From: Mobula hypostoma
Lineage: Eukaryota
Length of the DNA: 64,000 nucleotides
Assembly: GCF_963921235.1 (NCBI RefSeq)
Contig: NC_086097.1
Location: 6,944,001-7,008,000, forward strand
Reading direction: 5' to 3'
Shown here: in pieces, positions 13,790 through 25,000 of the stretch
Layout: each line of letters begins with the position of its first letter
Numbering within the stretch: position 1 is the first letter of the stretch
Notes under the pieces: generated by a model
Databases searched by the model: none
The model's input: only the letters and a program-made list of their open reading frames with translations
What the model was told of the DNA's origin: nothing
Program-made: the position numbers and the translations under genes

Positions 13790-15030
13790 TTAACCAACAC
13801 ATGACACTTCCTGGCTTGACTGATTACTGAGGTTCTCCCTCACTTCCTCCCATGTCAGTCCTACTAACCCTAAATGGTTTACTGCTGCTTTTACCACCAG
13901 CTGAATTTCATCACTTTTTGACTTTACCTCAGCCGTACTATTAATCACTCCTGCAATGAATGTTACTATAGCCTTTTTGGCTACATAAATCCTGTCATTT
14001 GTTCTTTGTTGCATCTCTCGTATCCCTATTGCTCCCTGTTCATTAGGAGCATTATTCTGTTCTCTTGACATTCTTACAGCTTCTGCATAAGTGATCTTTC
14101 TTTTCACTCTTATTTCTTGAATTTTAGTCTCCCGTCTGACAACCTCACACCCACTATATGCAACATTATGAGCTCCTCCACAATTGCAGCATTTTGGTTG
14201 AACTCCTGTTCCGCACTTTCCATATTTATGATCACCCCCACATCTAGCACATGTCCTCTGCCTTTTACAGTTTTTAGCCACGTGTCCAAACCTTTTGACA
14301 ATTATAGCACCTCAATGGCTTTGGCACATACACCCTTACTGGGTAACTCATGAAACCCAGGAACACCTTCCTTGGCACTCTTTCTTCTTCAAATTCAATC
14401 AATACAGATTCACTTTCCTTTTTCACTCCCTCCTTTGTTGTTTTCAGTCTTTAAACATTCATTACTTCCCTCCTTTGATATTCCTCTTTATCTCCTCCAT
14501 ATTTATACTCATTGGTATCCCCATGATCACTCCTTTACAACCACTGTTTTGTGCTCCCACCCTCCCAGTGTATTCCACCTTGCATTTTCTTATCTCTTTT
14601 AGCTTGAGTGCTTTCTCAAGTTGTTCCTCATTCACACATCTTACCAATAAGTTGCCATCATTAAGGACTTTTGCAAATACTATTTTTTCCCCCACCTTAT
14701 TTGTCAGAGTTGTTGTTAGCACAAACAGGTTAATTTTCTTCATATGTCCCTGAGCCTTCTCATTAAACCTAATTATGACAACATCTCCTCTCTGAGCTTG
14801 TTCATCTTCCTCACTTTCAGAGCTTTCTCCACTATCATTTCTTATTCTTTTATTCTCTTTGTCTTGGTTTTTATTCATCCGACCCCTCACTACCTCCTCA
14901 TTCCCTTTATTTCTCCCTTCACAATAATCCACCTCTCCCCAGCTGCCTACCTCTGATCCCAAGTCTCTATCCCTCTCCTTCTCCACTTTCTTTCCCTCAA
15001 CCCCACCTCTTATCTTGTCCGCCATTACCG
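13790..15030 (-). pseudogene. Nimb ORF1 (gag-like), frameshifted
   Basis: Pieces 14462-15124 and 13790-14281. Three knuckles: CYNCQ/RFGHVAKNC (frameshift in an A-run ~14295), CARCGGDHKYGKC and CCNCGGAHNVAYSGC; followed by KITYAEAVR. Confidence 0.85.
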
Positions 15031-15478
15031 GACCCACACGACCTCCTCCCAGCAATTTCCATTCCTTCCCCACTCTCTTTCCCTCAACAGGTTCCAAACC
15101 ACATTCACACATCAAGCAAAACACAGCCAGCTTCCAGTCAAGCCAACTCAGCCAGCCTCCGGTCCACTCTCCTCTCTTACCTCCTGGCAGAGAATGCTAC
15201 TCAAGGTGGGGTTTAAATGGCAGGGTAATGAGTGAAAATTAGAAACAGGTGGGTGCAAATGAGGAGACAAACAGGTAATTGGAGGAAGTCCAAAAAGGAA
15301 AGGGGCTGGGCCAGAACCCACATGGCCAGGTGAAAGAAAATAGAAATTAAAGACTGTCATGATCCAAAGCTATCAGCAGAGGCCCTTCGACCCAGTATTC
15401 AGGCCAGATCCTTAACAAACGGGCCCTTCCGGCTCTTTAAGCCACAGTACCCAACAATCCCCTAATTTAACCATGGCC

Positions 15479-17858
15479 CAATGTTTCTCAAACTTTTTTA
15501 GCCCAACACCGCCCCCTCAAAGCACCTTCATACTTGCCAATGCCCCTCTTAGGGAAAATATACTTTCCAATGCCCCCATAGTGTAAAAACTTGTCTATCA
15601 TGACAGTGTAGCCACCTATCACAAAACCTGACATATTTGAAAATCATTTTTGCTCTCTTCCTGTTCTTCCACCTTGCAAAGAAATGGGTTAATTTCCCAG
15701 TCTGGGATTTCCAGATCTTCAAATCCTTGAATCGACTCTGAAAATCCTTCTTCAGTGACTATAAGCAGTACTCTTGCAGATCACCATTTGTGATCTGAGA
15801 GTGCTATGCTTTCCATGCAGGGAAACTGTGAGAACATTCTTCTCTCAATGTTTTGCTTATATATTTCCAATTTTTTGATAAAAGTGGACACTGCACTTTT
15901 TGCATGGATTTAATTGAAATTCTCTCTCTGTAGCTTCATACTTAGAATATTCATGTTGTCATACAGATCAGCTATGTTTGCCTGATCTCCAGGTAGTTCA
16001 ATCTTGTTTCCCTATCTCTTGTTGATATTGAGCAAGAATTGAGCCACGTTGTCAAAAAGATCAAAGAAATGTCTTAATCAGCAGCCTTTTAACCGCCAAC
16101 ACACTTTATGGTGAAGAAGCATGCATTCAAAGTCTTCATCATTATCTTAGCATAGCTGGTGAAATATTCTGCCATTTAATGGATGAGCTTTAAATTTGTT
16201 GATTGCAGACATTACAAGAGTAATGTTTGAAAAAAGTCACTGGCTGAAATTTTTGCTTCTGAGATGTTGGCGATGAATTACACAATAGATTGCAAACAGA
16301 ATTGGAATTTCTTTTTTCATAAATGCCACTAAACCAGCATGATGACCTGTCATATATGGTACTTCATCTGTTGCACAAAAAGTCATGTTCCTAATTGGAA
16401 TATTTGTATCCTCAATATCCATTTTGAGCTCATCATAGATTGATTCTCCGTCGATATTTGTTTTTAACTTTTTAACAAAAGAGAATCTCTTCATAAGCTT
16501 TTCCATTTTTGATAAACTGTACATGTGGAAGACATAGAAAGGATGCAGAGGAGATTTACAAGGATGTTGCCTGGATTGGGGAGAATGCCTTATGAGAATA
16601 GGTTGAGTGAACTCGGCCTTTTCTCCTTGGAGCGTGGAGGATGAGAGGTGGCCTGATAGAGGTGTACAAGATGATGAGAGGCATTGATCGTGTGCATAGT
16701 CGGAGGCTTTTTCCCAGGGCTGAAATGGTTGCCATAAGAGGACACAGGTTTAAGGTGTTTGGGACTAGGTACAGAGGAGATGTCAGGGGTAAGTTTTTTA
16801 CTCAGAGAGTGGTGAGTGCGTGGAATGGGCTGCCGGCAACGGTGGTGGAAGTGGATGCGATAGGGTCTTTTAAGAGACTTTTGGATAGGTACATGGAGCT
16901 TAGAAAACTAGAGGTAAGCCTAGTAATTTCTAAGGTAGGGACATTTTCGGCACAGCTTTGTGGGCCGAAGGGCCTGTATTGTGCTGTGGGTTTTCTATGT
17001 TTCTATGTTTCTATACCATTAGTAATGTTTCATTGTCTCACACAGTTGACTCAGCCAACTGTATCCCAAATTCTGTTTTTGTGGCTCTGTGCATAGTTGA
17101 TACTCAATGTCTTCACTGATTTCGTTAATATGATAAGCTGCAGAGTTATTACTCAGAGGAATTGATATTAAAATACTAGTGTCCATTTTGAGAACAATGG
17201 TGAGCACTTCTGATACAGCAGGCATTATTAATCTTTCATCAGTTGTATGAAATTGTCCACACTTTGCTATCATTTTAGAAATGTTATAAGAAGCAATAAG
17301 ACATCTATCCAGGTCTTTTTTAGCTTTCTTGGCAAATGGCTCGAGTGTACAACATTTTTCAAATGCTTCTTTCATCTTCTGGAATTGAGTAATACCATAA
17401 GTAGCCTTTTCAGGGTGTCTTTTACTAAAAGTGTTCCTGCAATCTTGTGGTTTTATAGCTTCATTAGACGGAACAGTATTACAAATAAGACACATGGGAT
17501 GTTGCTAATCTGACGGGAACAGAATAAAACCGTACTCCAGGGTTGTAACATTGTATTGATGTACTTTCTGTTGTTGCTGTTTCTTAGCAGGATTAGAATT
17601 CAAGGCTTCACCACTTTCAGACTCATAGGGATCACTAACAGGGCTAAATTAAAATTAAACAAATTAACACAAACTGGGAATACCCGTTGGCCGTTGATGA
17701 TGGCAGTGAGTTGGCATGGTCGGTCAGGTCTCATGCCTCAAATTAGGGTGTTGCTTACCGCTACCCGCCCCCCCAAGGATCCGGAACAACTCTCTGATGA
17801 CTTCTAATTCCCCTAGTGCCCTCTTAGGACAAGTTGCTACTCCTGTTGGGAATCACTG
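15479..17858 (-). mobile_element. Decayed hAT transposon (Buster/Charlie-like)
   Basis: TIRs CAATGTTTCTCAAAC / GTTGGGAATCACTG. Transposase remnants: BED-finger-like CLICN..KRH, ASYNISKMIAK, SIPLSNNS, CATDEVPYMTG, YCVIHRQHL. The 8-bp flanks CCATGGCC / ACCTAGGC both approximate the host SINE's CCCTAGCC (central TA). Confidence 0.85.
16525..17012 (+). mobile_element. Young CR1 3' fragment inserted in the hAT transposase
   Basis: RGGLIEVYKMMRGIDRV..KFFTQRVVSAWNGLP; (TTTCTATG)n tail; transposase frame resumes on both sides. Confidence 0.9.
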
Positions 17859-18764
17859 ACCTAGGCTAATAACAGGACAGTTTACATTGACCAATTCACC
17901 TACTAATCTATGGGTAGTAAGGGGAAAACAGAGAAACTGGAGGAAACCTACACAGTCACAGGAGGAATGTAACAAGCTCCTTACATACAATGGCAGAAAT
18001 TGAACCCGGATTGCTGTCACTGTAACCTGTTATGCTAACCAATGGTACTGTGGCGCCCCAAAACCTGACCATTAAATGTTAAAGGAAACACCCCAGGCCA
18101 TTCCTCATGCAAGATTTCAAACCAAAACATCAACAATTCCATTTCTCCTTTATGGGAACGTGCCAGGAGGAAAGATTGGTGATGTGTACATAAAAATAGG
18201 CATTATCTGAATCATTGCTACCATCAAGGAGGAGGTACAGGAGCCTGAAGGCACCTAATCAACATTTCAGGAACAGCTCCTTCTTCTCCACCATCAAAGT
18301 TCAAAGTACATTTATCATCAAAGTATGTATGCATTATACAGCTTCGAGATTTGTCTCCTTACAGGCAGCCACAAAGCAGAGAAACCCGAGAGAACCCCTA
18401 ATAAAAAAGGGAAAACCGTCAAACACCCACTGAGCAGAGAATTTAAACAAAACAAATCACGCAAAGAATTGAAGTAAATAAATGGGTTCATTTTGGAATG
18501 GACAATGAAACCAAGTACAATACCTCAGTATTTTTTTGCTTGTTGTCTCTTTTGCAGAACTTATTTGTTTTTAATATATTTCTTCTTATAATTTATAGTT
18601 TTTTTAAAAATTATGTACTGCTGCTGCAGACTTACAAATCACAAGACACATGCCAGAGATATTAAACCTGTTTCTGATCATTTAAAGCTGTTTTAAGGCA
18701 GAGTGCTCTGAATCTTCTCAACACCAGATAAAGTTCTGGAGAAAAAGTAAGACAAAGTACAGAG

Positions 18765-19222
18765 ATGTTGGCGGGTCTGGAGGGCCTGAGTTTTAAAGAA
18801 AAATTGAATAGGCTGGGACTTTATCCCATGGAATATAAAAGATTGAGAGGAGATTTGATAGCGGTATACAAACTTATGAGGAGTATAAACAGGGTAAATG
18901 CAAGCAGGCTTTTTCCACTGAGGTTGGGTGGGACTACAACCAGAGGTCATAGATTAAGGGTGACGGGTGAAACTTTCAAGGGGAACTTGAGGGAAAACGT
19001 CTTCATTCAGAGGGTGGTGAGAGTGTGGAATGAGCTGCCAGTGCAAGTGGTGCATGCGAGCTCGATTTCAATATTTAAGAGAAGTTTGTATGTGTATGTG
19101 GAAGGCAGAGATATGACAGCTATGGTCACGGTGCAGGTCGATTACAATAGGCAGTTTAAATGGCTCGGCATGGATTAGCTGGGTCAAAGGGCTGGTTTCT
19201 ATGCTGTACTTTTCTATGACTC
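18765..19222 (+). mobile_element. CR1 3' fragment
   Basis: GLEGLSFKEKLNRLGLY..RLRGDLIAVYK..QRVVRVWNELP; TTCTATGACTCTA tail. Confidence 0.9.
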
Positions 19223-19829
19223 TAGGTGATGCTTGACCTGCTGAATTTCTTCAACAGCTTGCTTGTGGCTCCAGATTCCAGCATCTGCACTCTCTTGTGT
19301 CTCCCTAATGCTGCATCATCCGTTGGCAGATGGAAGCTCATGGGCTGAGATGTTAACACTCTTTCTTTCTCCTCTGATGATGCCCGGATATCTCCAGCAT
19401 TTTCTGTTATTATTTCAGATTTCAAGCAACTGCAGTATTTTGCTTTTTGCAGTTAATAACTTAGCTGCTGTGGCTGAAAGAGGTGACCTGGTGAGCTGTG
19501 GAGAATTGCACCAGGAGAAGGCAACATTCGGACTTGGGAAGGCTGGTCCTGCCAGTGATGTCACGGTGAGAAGTCAGAGTTTAAAGCTCATGAGGATTTC
19601 CTGATTCACTTACCTGAGCTGAAAAGTACTTTGTTCCAGAGAGTGCAGTTGATCCGTATTTGGGGAGATGAAGGTGAAGGCCAGGGTGGGAAGGAAATGC
19701 ATTTACAGCTCTCCTAATTAAATAGATAGATAGATAGATAGATAAGGGCCTTCTCAGAGAAGGACAGCTTGACACATTAATTTCTCCTGTCCTGGTGAGA
19801 ACGAATAGGGATTTCCCAGTGGTATAAAA

Positions 19830-20385
19830 ATCCAAAGTAAATTTATTATTAAAGTACATACATGGCACCATATACAACCCTGAGATTTATTTAATTGAGG
19901 GCATACTCAATAGATCTATAGAACAATAACCATAACAAAATCAATGAAAGACCACCCAACTTCGATATTCAACCAGAGTGAAGAAGACAACAAACTGTGC
20001 AAATACAAACAGAAAGAAATAATAATTAATAAATAAGCAATAGATATTGGGAATATTAGATAAAGAGCCCTTGAAAGTAAATCCATTGGTCGTGGGAACA
20101 TTTCAGTGATGGGACAAGTGAAACTGAGAGAAGTTACCCCCACTGTTTCAACAGCCTGATGGTTGAGGGGTAATAACTGTTCCTGAACCTGGTAGTGTGT
20201 GCCTTGAGGCTCCTGTACCTCCTTCCTGATGGCAACATTGAGAAGAGAGCATGGCCTGTGTGGTGGGGGTCCCTGATAATGGGTGCTGCTTTCCTGTGAC
20301 AACGTTTTGTGTAAGTGTGCTCAAAGCTGGATCGGGCTTGACCTGTGATAGACTAGGCCATATCCACTACTTCTTGTAGGTGTAC
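19830..20385 (-). mobile_element. Rex1/Babar-like LINE 3' fragment
   Basis: Reverse strand encodes a degraded HALFS..RRYRSL..TRFRNSYYP terminus, with an AATAAATTTACTTTG tail. Confidence 0.7.
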
Positions 20386-21254
20386 AGCAGGCAAGTGCCA
20401 AAAGTGAATTTGTAATGCAGCGTGACTCAGAAAGACAAAAGCTCTATCAGCAATGCTTTTTGCATTCAGAAGAGAAGGTCCTTTATGCAATGGATATCAC
20501 AGTCCATGAGGCAGAATGTAAAAATATTCAAAGGACAGCAGATTAACACAGGTATCAATGCAATCCCATCTTTGGATAATAAGCAAATATAAAAATCTGC
20601 TTCTCTTACTGTATATGCCCTCGGTTGAAAAAAAGTGTTTCAAACTGGAGCATACAGTAAATGCTGGAGAAACTCAGCAAGTCAGGCAGCATCTATGGAA
20701 AGGAATAAGAAGTCAACATTTCAGGCCGAGACCTTTCATTGGCCCAAAATGCCAACTCTTTTGTTATATCCATAGATGCTTTTGAGTTCCTCCACCATCT
20801 TGTGTGCATTATTCTGGTTTTCCAGGTCTGCAGAAGATCAAGAGAATTTTGAAAAGTCAGAGCATTAGGGCTGGAGTCAGGCTAGTTCGGCTCGCTGCTT
20901 CGCGAGGTTTACTCAGCTCTGCGCTGAACTGAGGCTGTGACCTGCAGCTAACGGGCTCTGGAATCAGCTGCAGTGATGACTGGCTTTGTGGCTGTGGACT
21001 CATGTTCATAAACTTCAGTTCTGAATGTTATTTGCTTATTTTTATTGTTTGAATAATTTGTTTTTTTTTGCTCCAAATTGTATGCTTGATGGTTTCTGTT
21101 TTTTTAATGGGTTCTAATAGTTTGCTTTGTTTTGATGCTGCCTGTAAGGACACAAATCTCAAAGTTGTATACAGTGTACATACTTTGATAATAAATGTAC
21201 TTTGAGCTTTAATCTGGCTTCTGCCCTCTTCCTTTCCAGTCATACGTCCTACAG

Positions 21255-21790
21255 CCATATAGGACCCTGTTCAGACCCCACTTGGAGTACTAGTCACCTA
21301 GGAAGGATGTGGAAACCATAGAAAGGGTGCAGAGTAGATTTACAAGGATGTTGCCTGGATTGGGGAGCATGCCTGATGAGAATAGGTTGAGCAAACTTGG
21401 CCTTTTCTCCTTAGAGTGGTGGAGGATGAGAGGTGACCTGATAGAGGTGTACAAGATGATGAAGGGCATTGATCGTGTGGTTAGTGTGGCTTTTTCCCAG
21501 GTTTGAAATGGTTAATACAAAAGAGCACAGTTTTAAGGTGCTTGGCAGTAGGTACAAAGGAGATGTCAGGGGTAGGCTTTATGCCGCGAGTGGTGAGTGC
21601 GTGGAATAGGCTGCTGGCGACGCTGGTGGAGATGGATACGATAGGGCCTTGTAAGAGACTCCTGGATAGCACATGGAGCTTAGAAAAATAGAGAGCTATG
21701 GATAACCCTAGGTATTTTCTAAAGTAAGTACATGTTCGGCACAACATTGTGGGCTGAAGGGCCTGTATTATGCTGTAGGTTTTCTATGTT
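21255..21790 (+). mobile_element. CR1 3' fragment
   Basis: IERVQSRFTRMLPGL..RGDLIEVYKMM; same subfamily as the 16525 and 52399 copies. Confidence 0.9.
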
Positions 21791-22079
21791 TCTTGATGGA
21801 GGGTCTCAGCCTGAAGCGTTGACTGTTTATCCAGTTCTATAGATGCTGCCTGACCTGCCCGAGTCCTCCAACATCTTGTGTGTGTTGCTCTGGATTTCCA
21901 GCATCGGCAGAATCTCCTGTGTTGGATCACAACCTCTTTATAAATCATTGTAACGATGACAGTTCTAATGTCTCTTTATACTGACATACAAAGTACAACT
22001 GAATGCCTGGCTTTGCTTAAAATATCCTGAGTACAGTAGGCTCACTAGATTCCAGGTGACTACGAATGACAATTCACGA

Positions 22080-25000
22080 GCATTACCCAGACATTTTCTT
22101 CCTTTTATTAACAATAAGTCAAAGTTGTTTCATACCAGTGCTCTATACGTTGTGACCATACTTTATTTTGTATTTTGGTTATGGACATCCTTCAAACAAT
22201 CATTTAGAAATACAGAGAGATTGTTGGAAGTGAGGTACACAGTATCTCTGAAAGTGGCAACCTGTCAGTAGAACAAGTAAACCTGTGCATTATTATAAGT
22301 TACATCAAGTTGCTATTTTATATATAAAGCAAAGAGATTTCCTTTTTTCCCACCTCGACAAGACAAAAATATATACAAAACATAAAATGTACTGTTGCAC
22401 TTTCAGTGTGAGATTTTCTTATCTAGATAAGGCTAAACAGGAAAACTGAGTACAAGTGTCCTTGCTCCCTTTAACACACCGTGGTTGAGAAAGGTATTTT
22501 TTTCACCCAGTCTTTTAAAAAAAAGATTTTTTTTCTCTCTCTCTTAAATTCGCCTTTGCAGTAGAAAAAATATTTTTGAAAGGATTTATCTTTATTACAT
22601 TGGCTCTGAAGCACCTACGTAAAAAAATAAAAAAAGCCAGCAGTGCATTTGATCAGTTAGAAAATAAGGATTAATTGGTTGTTAATTGTAATCAATTGGT
22701 ATTTGTATGGTGGATGGGAAATAATATAACTGCACTGTATAAAGTAACAATGTCCAATTCAATAAATCCACAGTATTTTTTAAACTGGAGTAATTAACCA
22801 TCTCAGAGGTTGTTTTGTGTTGTCCCACAAAAATGCTTACTTTCACAAATTGCTTGGCCACTGGATTTGATTAAATAATGACAAAAAAAAACAATATTTG
22901 CTCTTGTAAAAAAGCACAATCCTTTCAGTCCTTTGCTTCTAGTAGTGTACTAAAGTGGTTAAAAAGCAGTTGTTAGTTCACAAAACAAGGGTCATTATCG
23001 CTTCAGTTACAATTCATAACAAGAATTCAAATGCTGCATGAACACAAAGGTAACAGAATCATCTTTACCAAAAAAAACACATGATTCACATGAATTTTAT
23101 CAAATATTTAACTTCTATAGCTGGTTTTGGTGTTGTAAATATATTGTTTCTTTATTTTATATCTTTTTCATCTTTCAATAACTTGGTCTTTCCGGCAAGG
23201 CTGGCATGTATTGGCTATCCATTGTTATTCTTGAGATTGTGATGGAGAGCCACCTTCTATAATTTAGTAGCTTTTTTTTTTACTTATTTTATTTAAAGAT
23301 ACAGTGTGGAATAGGCCCTTCTGGCCCTTTGAGCCGTATCACCAGCAACCCGTTAACTTAAACTTAGCACAATCATAGGAGAATTTACCATGACCAATTA
23401 ACCTATTAACCGGTACATCTTTGGACTGTGGGAGGAAACTGGAGCAACTAGGGGAAACCCACGCGTTTCACAGGGAGGACATATAAACTCCTTTCAGAGG
23501 ACGCGAGGATTGAACTCCAAACTCCAATGTCCAAAGCTGTAATAGCGTTATGCTCACTGCTGTTTTATGGTAGGACTGAGTTAGCTTATTCGAATGTTCG
23601 ACCTTAGAGGGTATTTAAGAATCAACCAGACTGCTGCTGTGTCTGGATTCATATCTGGGTCGGACCAGCTTGAATGGAATATTACCCCATTTGAAGGGAA
23701 TTGGTGAACCAAATCTGGTAGTTTACAAGATAATCATTTTACAACCACCAACACTGGCTACTTTTATCAAAATTCACAACTATTAACCAAGTTCAAAACC
23801 CTTGCTCTTGATGAGATTTGAACTCATATTTATGGATGATTAATCAGGTATTGGGATTACAAGTTACTTAACCACAATACCCTCAGCGTACCCAAGTATT
23901 CATACATGCTCTGCAAAATAAAGAAACAGGAGTGGAGGTGAATCAATATGAAGTACTTTAACACTTATGATTAAAATTCAAGGCACATACATGATACACC
24001 AAGACGGTGCAAGATTATGAACTTTGGTTCCTTGCACAATGGAAAATTAGGAACAAAAGGAGAACAAAACCCAATATTTTGACATTGTCATCTACACAAA
24101 CATGAGTGGACATCTGTAGTACAAAAGTTGTGATTGATCCTAATGTGATTTTTTAGCATTCTTGCTGTAGACATTTTCTTTTTAAAAAAATTTGGATTAT
24201 CATTATGTTGTTCTTAAATTTAGTGCCAGTTTAACCAGTATTGCTTATTCCAAAACACTGGCTCAGCGTCAGAGCTGTTAGTTGCCAAGTGGCGGATGGA
24301 GAGAATAAATATCTCAGTGGGCTCATCATCTGTGTTTGGATTAATCGAATTGAATCGATTAAACCATAATCATCCAGAAATTTAGCGAACAGCTAACCCT
24401 TCAGTTGTCAGTAACATCAGCACATCCAGGATAAAGTACTGTGTGAATATTTACCTATCTCTAACAATATAGAATACTGTCAGCGCAGTGTTCTTTGCTC
24501 TGAAATGGAGTCTCGTCCTTCAATTAGCAACGTGCCCCTTATGTAAATCTGAGGGTTATCCATTGGTACACTGGACGACTGGAGATGTCGTGGAGATGTA
24601 CACGGGCAAGATTGTGCTTATGTATGTCTCAGTCATGCCATTATTACACCCTCCCCTCGGGGGGTCGGGTGGGGGGGGTCTGCTCTTGCATGTGTTCAAC
24701 TCACGTAGTGGGGCGGTCACAACCAAAGGGCTCTGGGATGAGGGTAGAAGGGGCAGTGCTGGCAAGGGATGGGCCATCCTTCTCACGACACAAAGGGCAC
24801 AGGGGAGCAGAAAGTAAAGCTCTAGTGGCAGACCAACCAACCTGAAAGACCTGGGTACAATTCATGAGTCGCAAATGCTACGCTGCCCTAGAAGATAACA
24901 GGGATGGTAAAATGGTGCTATTCTTGTGAAAGGGTAAGGTAGCTGAACTTTCAGTCCATTGTCCCAACATACAGCTGGATATCCATTTAAAAAAGGAATG

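Larger units (their letters stand above)
9865..15183 (-). mobile_element. Full-length Nimb / I-clade LINE (frameshifted)
   Basis: Exact 14-bp TSD CTGGCAGAGAATGC at 9851-9864 and 15184-15197; short (ACAG)n 3' tail; ORF1 with CCHC knuckles and ORF2 with APE, RT, RNase H and CCHC; the 3' UTR motif ggcggtaatgcacc..gctggatgccaacc resembles fish Nimb ends (recalled). Confidence 0.9.
9565..15417. mobile_element. Probable solo LTR (~520 bp, Gypsy-like) split by the Nimb insertion (pieces 9565-9864 and 15198-15417)
   Basis: TGTT...AACA termini; 5-bp flanks AACAG (9560-9564) and AACGG (15418-15422); cleanly interrupts a V-SINE. Confidence 0.7.

Noticed and set aside
12361..15242. Several plus-strand ORFs of 70-152 aa
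   Set aside because: Antisense to the purine-rich Nimb ORFs; low-complexity translations.
15479..17858. Domesticated ZBED/SCAND3-like gene
   Set aside because: Multiple stops and frameshifts, a CR1 insertion and retained TIRs show it is a dead transposon.
24488..24845. Overlapping 86-109-aa ORFs in a GC-richer patch
   Set aside because: No domain or splice support; lies in the presumptive 3' UTR.
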